64,000 bases of DNA, from the NCBI GenBank assembly GCA_963719245.1, contig CAVRBG010000005.1, positions 38,614 through 102,613 of the forward strand, in the 5' to 3' direction. Both the position numbers and the translations under genes were made by a program. This document shows, piece after piece, positions 58,433 through 64,000 of this stretch. The notes beneath the pieces were generated by a model. It was not told where the DNA came from, ran no database searches, and saw only the letters and a list, made by a program, of their open reading frames with translations. Every line of letters starts with the position of its first letter. Within the stretch, counting starts at the first letter, position 1. Source of the DNA: an uncultured Actinomycetes bacterium. GTDB taxonomy: Bacteria; Actinomycetota; Acidimicrobiia; IMCC26256; DASPTH01.

Positions 58433-59502
58433 GCGGCATCACCGGCGTCGACCCGCTCCTCTCGGAGACCGCCACGCGCGTCTTCGCCGACACGTCCGGG
58501 TTCGCCGCGGTGGAGCAGGCCGAGGCGGACGGCTGGTCGCAACCCATCTGGGACGCGGTCGCCGAGACCGGCCTCGCCTGGGCGTCGGTGCCGGCGGCGG
58601 CGGGTGGCTCCGGCGGCACCCTGGCCGATGGGGTCGAGGTCCTGCGGATCGCCGGTCGCCATGCGGTGCCACTGCCGCTCGCCGAGACCGGGCTGCTCGG
58701 CGGTTGGTTGCTCGCCGGTGCGGGACTCGAGATCCCCGAGGGCCCCGTCACTGTCGTGCCGGGCACGGCGCGTGACGACGTCGCGTTCCGCGACGGGCGC
58801 CTGACCGGAACCGCCCGCCGCGTCCCGTGGGCCCGGGTGGCCGACCAGCTGGTGCTGCTCCTCGAGGTCGACGACGGCGCGCTGGTCGCGCGGGTCGACC
58901 CCGCCGACGTACGCATCGCGTCAGCCACGAACCTCGCGGGAGAGCCGCGTGACACGGTGGTGTTCGACGACGTGACCCCGCGCGCCGTGGCTCGTGCCGC
59001 CAATGGCGTCGACGCCGACGCGCTGTGGCGACGCGGTGCGTTGGCGCGCACCGCGTCGATGGCGGGAGCGCTCGAACGGCTGTCCGAGATCACGCTCGAG
59101 TACACCGCCGAGCGGCGGCAGTTCGGCAAGCCCGTCGGTACGTTCCAAGCGGTGCAGGCACACCTCGTGCACGGCGCGCAGCAGTCGGTGATCGTCAGCA
59201 TGGCGCTCGCCGCGGCGGTGCGCGCCGCGAGCACCGGCAACGCCCGCTTCGAGATCGCCGCGGCCAAGCTCCTCGCCGACCAGGCCGCCGGTGAGGCGAC
59301 GCGTCACGCGCACCAGGCGCACGGCGCCATGGGCATGACCCGGGAGTACCCGTTGCACCACTTCTCCCGCCGGCTGTGGGCGTGGCGCGGCGAGTACGGC
59401 AACGAGCGCGCCTGGAGCCGGGCACTGGGATCCGCCGTCGCCGACGCGGGCCCCGACCGCCTCTACCCACTGATCACCGGGGGAACGACGGCCCTCGGCT
59501 GA
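58429..59502 (+). CDS. acyl-CoA dehydrogenase, partner subunit
   Basis: PLPLAET, RRQFGKPVGTFQAVQ, HQAHGAMGMTREY; GTGA overlap. Confidence 0.9.
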   Translation: MSGITGVDPLLSETATRVFADTSGFAAVEQAEADGWSQPIWDAVAETGLAWASVPAAAGGSGGTLADGVEVLRIAGRHAVPLPLAETGLLGGWLLAGAGLEIPEGPVTVVPGTARDDVAFRDGRLTGTARRVPWARVADQLVLLLEVDDGALVARVDPADVRIASATNLAGEPRDTVVFDDVTPRAVARAANGVDADALWRRGALARTASMAGALERLSEITLEYTAERRQFGKPVGTFQAVQAHLVHGAQQSVIVSMALAAAVRAASTGNARFEIAAAKLLADQAAGEATRHAHQAHGAMGMTREYPLHHFSRRLWAWRGEYGNERAWSRALGSAVADAGPDRLYPLITGGTTALG

Positions 59503-59541
59503 CCGGGCCCCGCGGTTGCCCGGCCGCGCGGGAGCCGCCAT

Positions 59542-59561
59542 ACTTGACGCCTTCGTCAAGT
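59542..59561. promoter_or_regulatory. palindromic operator TTGAC-N6-GTCAA, copy 3
   Basis: ACTTGACG-CCTT-CGTCAAGT with perfect 8-bp arms, overlapping a CATACT -10-like hexamer upstream of the ligase gene. Confidence 0.75.
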
Positions 59562-59618
59562 CTGCCGACTCCGCCCACGCCCGGTCGGCGAGCCGACCGC
59601 AGAGGAGCCCGAGGAGCC

Positions 59619-61177
59619 ATGTTCCGCCGACCACCGCTCCACTACCCGGACCGTCCGCTGCACCACTTCCTCCAGGACGCAGCCGACCACCATCCGGAGA
59701 AGATCGCGCTGCGCTTCGCCGAGGACGTCTACACGTACCGGGAGCTCGACAGCACCGGGAATTCGTTCGCCAACGCGCTCGCCGCGCTCGGCCTCGGCGC
59801 AGGTACCCGCGTGGCGCTCGTGGTCAGCAACCGGCCGGAGTGGATCATCGCCCAGCACGGCGTGAGCCTGGCCGGCGGCGCCATCGTGTTGCCCAACCCG
59901 TCGTGGAAGGCATCAGAGCTGGAGCACACGTTCTCGCTCACGAACCCCGATGTCGTGATCGCGGACGCGGCGGTGATCGATGCGGTCGAGACCGCCGGTG
60001 CACCGGCGACGAAGATCTGCGTCGACGCCGACGCGCCCGCGGGGTGGATCTCGTTCTGGGATCTGGTCTACGGCACCCCGGGGCGGCGTCCGGAGGCGCT
60101 GCCGGCGAGCGCGCTCGATGCGGACTACGCCTACCCGTTCAGCTCCGGCACCACCGGGCTGCCCAAGGCCGTGCGGCACACGCACCGCTCGCTGGTGGCG
60201 TCCGTCATCAACTGGAACTCCGCTTGCGCCGTCCGCGAGGACGACCACGTGCAGTTCTTCCTACCGTTGTTCCACATCTACGGCATCGCCATCACCGGAT
60301 GCACCTGGGCTTCGGCGGCGACCATCACGTTGTTCCCGCGCTTCGATCTCGACACCATGCTGTCGCACATCGAGGAAGACGCGAGTGACCCTCGGGTTCG
60401 CCGCCGCGCCCATCGCGGTGGCGATGGCGAACCATCCCCAGCTGGAGAAGTACGACTTGTCGTCGTTGCGTTACGTGATGTGGGCAGCCACGCCGATCGC
60501 CGAGGACGTCGCCAGCCGCGTGACCGAGCGGTCGGGCATCCGCTGGTTGCACGCCTACGGCGCCACCGAGGTGCCGGGACTCCACTGCAACCCGGTCGAC
60601 TACCCGGACCGCTGGCGTCTCGACACGCCGGGCCTTCCGGTCTCCGACCTCGAGGTGCGCGTGGTCGACCTCGAGACCCACGAGGACGTCCCCGTCGGCA
60701 CGGAGGGCGAGATCATCGTGCGCGGGCCGCACATGATGGCGGGCTACCTCCCGGCCGAGGCCGATGCGGACGCGTTCCTCGACGGCTTCGTGCGCACCGG
60801 CGACGTCGGATGGGTGGAGCCGGAGGGCTGGATCCACATCACCGATCGCGCCAAGGAGATGATCAAGGTGTCGGGCTTCTCCGTCGCGCCGGCCGAGGTC
60901 GAAGCCACGCTGCACGGTCATCCGGCGGTCGCCGACTGCGGGGTCTACGGCGTGTCCCACCCGAGCAAGGGCGAGGTCCCGAAAGCGGCGGTCGTGCTGA
61001 CGGCCCCCGACGCCGCCACCGCCGACGATCTCCAGCGCGTACGTGGCGGAGAAGCTCGCGGGCTACAAGCACGTGGAGGAGTTCGTGTTCGTGGACGAGA
61101 TCCCGCGCACGACGTCCGGCAAGGTGCTGCGGCGCACACTGAAGGAGCACGACCCGACGCTCCGCGTGTCGCCGTGA
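59619..61177 (+). CDS. AMP-forming acyl-CoA ligase (frameshifts at about 60380 and 61035)
   Basis: FSSGTTGLPKAV, PLFHIYG, AYGATE, RTGDVG, ITDRAKEMIKVSG, PRTTSGKVLRR. Confidence 0.92.
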
Positions 61178-62352
61178 GCATCCGGGCCATCGGCACGTAC
61201 CTGCCGCCGTGGGGCACCGCCCTCGCACGCGTCTCGGGCCGGGACGAGGACGCGGTCACCATGGCGGTCGCCGCGGGCCGCGCCGCGCTCGAAGATGCCG
61301 GCGCTCGGCACGTCGTCCTCGTCACCCGCGACCTGCCGCTGCTCGACGGCGGCAACGGCGCGGCGCTGCTCGCGGGCCTCGGTCTCCCGAGCACGACGAC
61401 GGTGGTCGAGCAGGTCGGTGGTGGGCCGGCCGCGCTCGACGCGGTGCTCGGCGCCGCGGGCGGCACGCTGGTGATCGGCGCGGACACCGGGAGCACCAGC
61501 GGGTCGGCAGCGGTTCTGGTGGGCGCCGGTGACGGCGCGACGGTCGCCCCCGTTGCCCGCGTGCAACGCAGCCTGCCCGTGCGGGCGCGCGGCGGCGACG
61601 GCGTGGTGCACCACTACGACGACCCCCGACTCGAGCGCGAACGCGGCGTGCGGGCCGCGCTGGCCGAGAGCGGCATCGCCGAGAAGGCGGCGGCCACGGT
61701 GGGGCTCCCTCCGAAGGACGCGGCTGCGCTGTGCGAAGGCGACGCCCCGCGCGTGCTGACGACCGGCGCCAGCTCGCCGCTGTTCGCGCTCGCCGCGCTC
61801 GTGGAGAACCGCGCCCGCGGCCTGGTGCTCGCCTTCGAGCAGGCGACCATGACCGCGGCCCAGTTCGAGCCCGGGCCGACGCCGGTGACAGCGCGTCGAA
61901 CGCGTCGTGCAGGAACCGCCGCGGCTTCGGCTCACGGCGGGGCCCGACATCAAGGTCTCGCTTCCTGCCTACGAGCGCGCCTTCGAGTCGAAGGTCCGCC
62001 TGGAAGCGGGGCGCTGCCCGCATTGCGGCACCCTGGCCCTCCCGCCCCGCCACCGGTGCCTCGGCTGCGGTGCGGAAGGCGACGCCGTCCTGGTGGAGCT
62101 GCCCCGGGAGGCGGTCGTCTACACCACCACGACCATCCACACGCCGGTGCCCGGCCTGGCCACGCCGTACACCATCGTGATCGTCGAGCTCGGCGACACC
62201 GGCGTCCGTCTGCTCGCCCAGGTCACCGGCGCGCCCCGGGGAACGTGGACATCGGGCAGCGGGGCGAGATGGTGCTGCGCCGGGTCGCCGAACGCACGGG
62301 CATCCCCGACTACGGCTACGCATTCCTCCCCGACGAGGCGGTGGCCCCGTGA
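61174..62352 (+). CDS. HMG-CoA-synthase-like domain fused to DUF35 Zn-ribbon/OB-fold (frameshifts at about 61890 and 62240)
   Basis: IRAIGTYLP...DEDAVTMAVAAGRAAL; GRCPHCG...PPRHRCLGCG...PYTIVIVEL...IGQRGEMVLRR...YGYAF. Confidence 0.82.
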   Translation: MSIRAIGTYLPPWGTALARVSGRDEDAVTMAVAAGRAALEDAGARHVVLVTRDLPLLDGGNGAALLAGLGLPSTTTVVEQVGGGPAALDAVLGAAGGTLVIGADTGSTSGSAAVLVGAGDGATVAPVARVQRSLPVRARGGDGVVHHYDDPRLERERGVRAALAESGIAEKAAATVGLPPKDAAALCEGDAPRVLTTGASSPLFALAALVENRARGLVLAFEQATMTAAQFEPGPTPVTARRTRRAGTAAASAHGGARHQGLASCLRARLRVEGPPGSGALPALRHPGPPAPPPVPRLRCGRRRRPGGAAPGGGRLHHHDHPHAGARPGHAVHHRDRRARRHRRPSARPGHRRAPGNVDIGQRGEMVLRRVAERTGIPDYGYAFLPDEAVAP

Positions 62353-63509
62353 GGCGGGTGGCGGTCGTCGGCGCGGGCATGACTCCGTTCGGCGAGCACT
62401 TCGGTCTCGGCATCAAGGATCTCGTGCCCATGGCGCTCACCGAGGCGGTCACGAGCGTCGACAAGGGGTTCGACCGCGCCGACATCGACGCCGCCTGGTT
62501 CGGGGAGCTCACGACGACCGACGGGTTCCCGTCCGGCATCCTCGTCGACTCGTGCGGGCTCCTCGACATCCCGGTGACGCGCGTCGAGAACGCCTGCGCG
62601 ACCGGGAACGACGCGGTCCGCAACGCACTCTACGGCGTCGCCAGTGGTCTGCTCGACGTCGCGCTGGTGGTCGGCGCCGACAAGGTGCGCGAGTCGTCGG
62701 CGCGCGGCACGTTCTGGGAGTGGATGAGCCTCACGCGCGACATGGCGTGGGACTACCCGATCGGCGTGGTGGCGCCGGCGAACTTCGCCCTCCACGTGAA
62801 CCGCTATCTGCACGAGTCGGGCGCGACCCGCGAGCACATGGCGATGGTGGCGGTGAAGAACCACCACCACGGCGTGACCAACCCGAAGGCGCAGCTGCGC
62901 TTCGAGATCACGATCGACGACGTGCTCAACGCGCCGACGGTGGTCGAGCCGTTCGGCCTGTACGACTGCACGCCTCAGAGTGACGGCGCGGCCGCGCTGC
63001 TGCTGGTCGGGGAAGAAGTGGTCGACCGTTACACCGACCGGCCGGTGTGGGTCCGGGGCGTCGGGCTCGGCCTCGACCGAGTGATGCACCAGCACAAGGT
63101 CGACATGACCACGTTCCCGCCCACGGTGAAGGCAGCTCGTCGGGCGTACGCGATGGCCGGTCTCGGACCGGACGACATCGACGTGGCCGAGGTCCACGAC
63201 TGCTTCACCGGTGTGGAGCTGATCGACTACGAGGATCTGGGGTTCTGCGATCGCTTCGGCGGCGCGGCGCTCATCGAGTCGGGCGAGACCGAGGTGGGGG
63301 GTCGCCTGCCGGTGAACCCGAGCGGTGGCCTGAAGGCCAAGGGACATCCACCGGGAGCGACCGGCATCGCGCAGTGCGTCGAGCTGTTCGAGCAGCTGCG
63401 CGGCGAGTCGACCAACCAGGTCGACGGTGCGCGCGTCGCGCTGGCCCACAACGTCGGCGGCCCCACCGCGGTGGCGGCGGTCACCATCCTGAGCTCGGTC
63501 CGGGACTGA
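62349..63509 (+). CDS. thiolase family protein (SCP-x type)
   Basis: VGAGMTPFG, RVENACATG, SDGAAA, AEVHDCF, VNPSGGL..KGHPPGATG. Confidence 0.94.
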   Translation: MRRVAVVGAGMTPFGEHFGLGIKDLVPMALTEAVTSVDKGFDRADIDAAWFGELTTTDGFPSGILVDSCGLLDIPVTRVENACATGNDAVRNALYGVASGLLDVALVVGADKVRESSARGTFWEWMSLTRDMAWDYPIGVVAPANFALHVNRYLHESGATREHMAMVAVKNHHHGVTNPKAQLRFEITIDDVLNAPTVVEPFGLYDCTPQSDGAAALLLVGEEVVDRYTDRPVWVRGVGLGLDRVMHQHKVDMTTFPPTVKAARRAYAMAGLGPDDIDVAEVHDCFTGVELIDYEDLGFCDRFGGAALIESGETEVGGRLPVNPSGGLKAKGHPPGATGIAQCVELFEQLRGESTNQVDGARVALAHNVGGPTAVAAVTILSSVRD

Positions 63510-63519
63510 GGGGGCACCA

Positions 63520-64000
63520 TTGGACTTCATCAACATCGAGGTCGACGGGCGCGTCGCCATGGTCACGTTCGATCGCCCGCCGGTGAACGCGCTCAACGCG
63601 CAGGCGTTCCGCGAGATCGAGCAGGCGTTCACCGAGTTGCGCCACGGCACCGACGCTCACGTCGCGATCTTCACCGCGGCCGGCGACCGCGTGTTCTGCG
63701 GCGGCGTCGACCTGAAGGACTCCGCCCGCCGGCACGGGCGCGAGCAGGCCGACGGCGACAGCATCGTCGACCTCCTCGATCCCGGCAGCATCGTGCGTGA
63801 CTGCTTCTGGGCGCTGAGCGACTGTCCGCTCCCCGTGATCTGCGCGGTCAACGGCGCCGCGGTCGGCGCCGGACTCGCGCTCGTCGCCTGCTGCGACATC
63901 GTCATCGCGTCGGAGCACGCACGCTTCGCGCTCCCCGAGATCAACGCCGGAGTGCTCGGCGGAGGCCGCCACCTGCAGCGGATGGTCGGACCGTACAAGA
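63520..64000 (+). CDS. enoyl-CoA hydratase/isomerase (3' truncated by window edge)
   Basis: FDRPPVNAL, FCGGVDL, PVICAVNGAAVGAG, FALPEINAG; not in the ORF track because it has no stop in the window. Confidence 0.92.
   Translation, partial: MDFINIEVDGRVAMVTFDRPPVNALNAQAFREIEQAFTELRHGTDAHVAIFTAAGDRVFCGGVDLKDSARRHGREQADGDSIVDLLDPGSIVRDCFWALSDCPLPVICAVNGAAVGAGLALVACCDIVIASEHARFALPEINAGVLGGGRHLQRMVGPYK

Noticed and set aside
21951-62352. Programmed ribosomal frameshifting or genuine pseudogene cluster
   Set aside because: No slippery heptamers noticed, and the shifts hit unrelated genes including housekeeping ones; sequencing error is more parsimonious
1-64000. CRISPR array, tRNA/rRNA, IS/integrase or prophage
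   Set aside because: No spaced direct repeats, tRNA T-arm/cloverleaf, or transposase/phage motifs found by eye; a short element could have been missed without tools

Overview
A very GC-rich, densely coding bacterial window. Gene content and style suggest an Actinomycetota member, probably Acidimicrobiia-like (inference). It opens with the tail of a hopanoid/MEP operon (shc, ispH, hpnH, dxs). A long run of catabolic genes follows: CaiB/BaiF CoA-transferases, four amidohydrolases plus one fragment, three cytochrome P450s, a Rieske ferredoxin, two LLM/F420-type oxidoreductases, SDRs, crotonases and MFS transporters. It also holds a SigK/RskA-type ECF pair, a CHASE3 two-component system, an ATP-dependent DNA ligase, RNase HI and an SF2 helicase. 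It ends with an acyl-CoA cluster: two ACAD pairs, a ligase, an HMG-CoA-synthase-like/DUF35 fusion, a thiolase and a crotonase. Main observations: (1) two ORFs split in the track (14490-15131 and 15201-15551, minus strand) are probably one thioredoxin-fold selenoprotein, with an in-frame UGA in WASW-U-GC followed by a SECIS-like hairpin; (2) a 16-bp TTGAC-N6-GTCAA palindrome occurs three times at the promoters of the terminal acyl-CoA cluster; (3) a secreted Cys/Gly-repeat protein ends in an LPXTG-like motif with no membrane anchor, behind a possibly structured leader; (4) an amidohydrolase/SDR chimeric junction lies at about 53.3 kb. From about 22 kb onward many genes carry small frameshifts, most likely long-read assembly errors. 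No tRNA, rRNA, CRISPR array or transposase was recognised. All family names come from motif recognition by eye, not from database searches.
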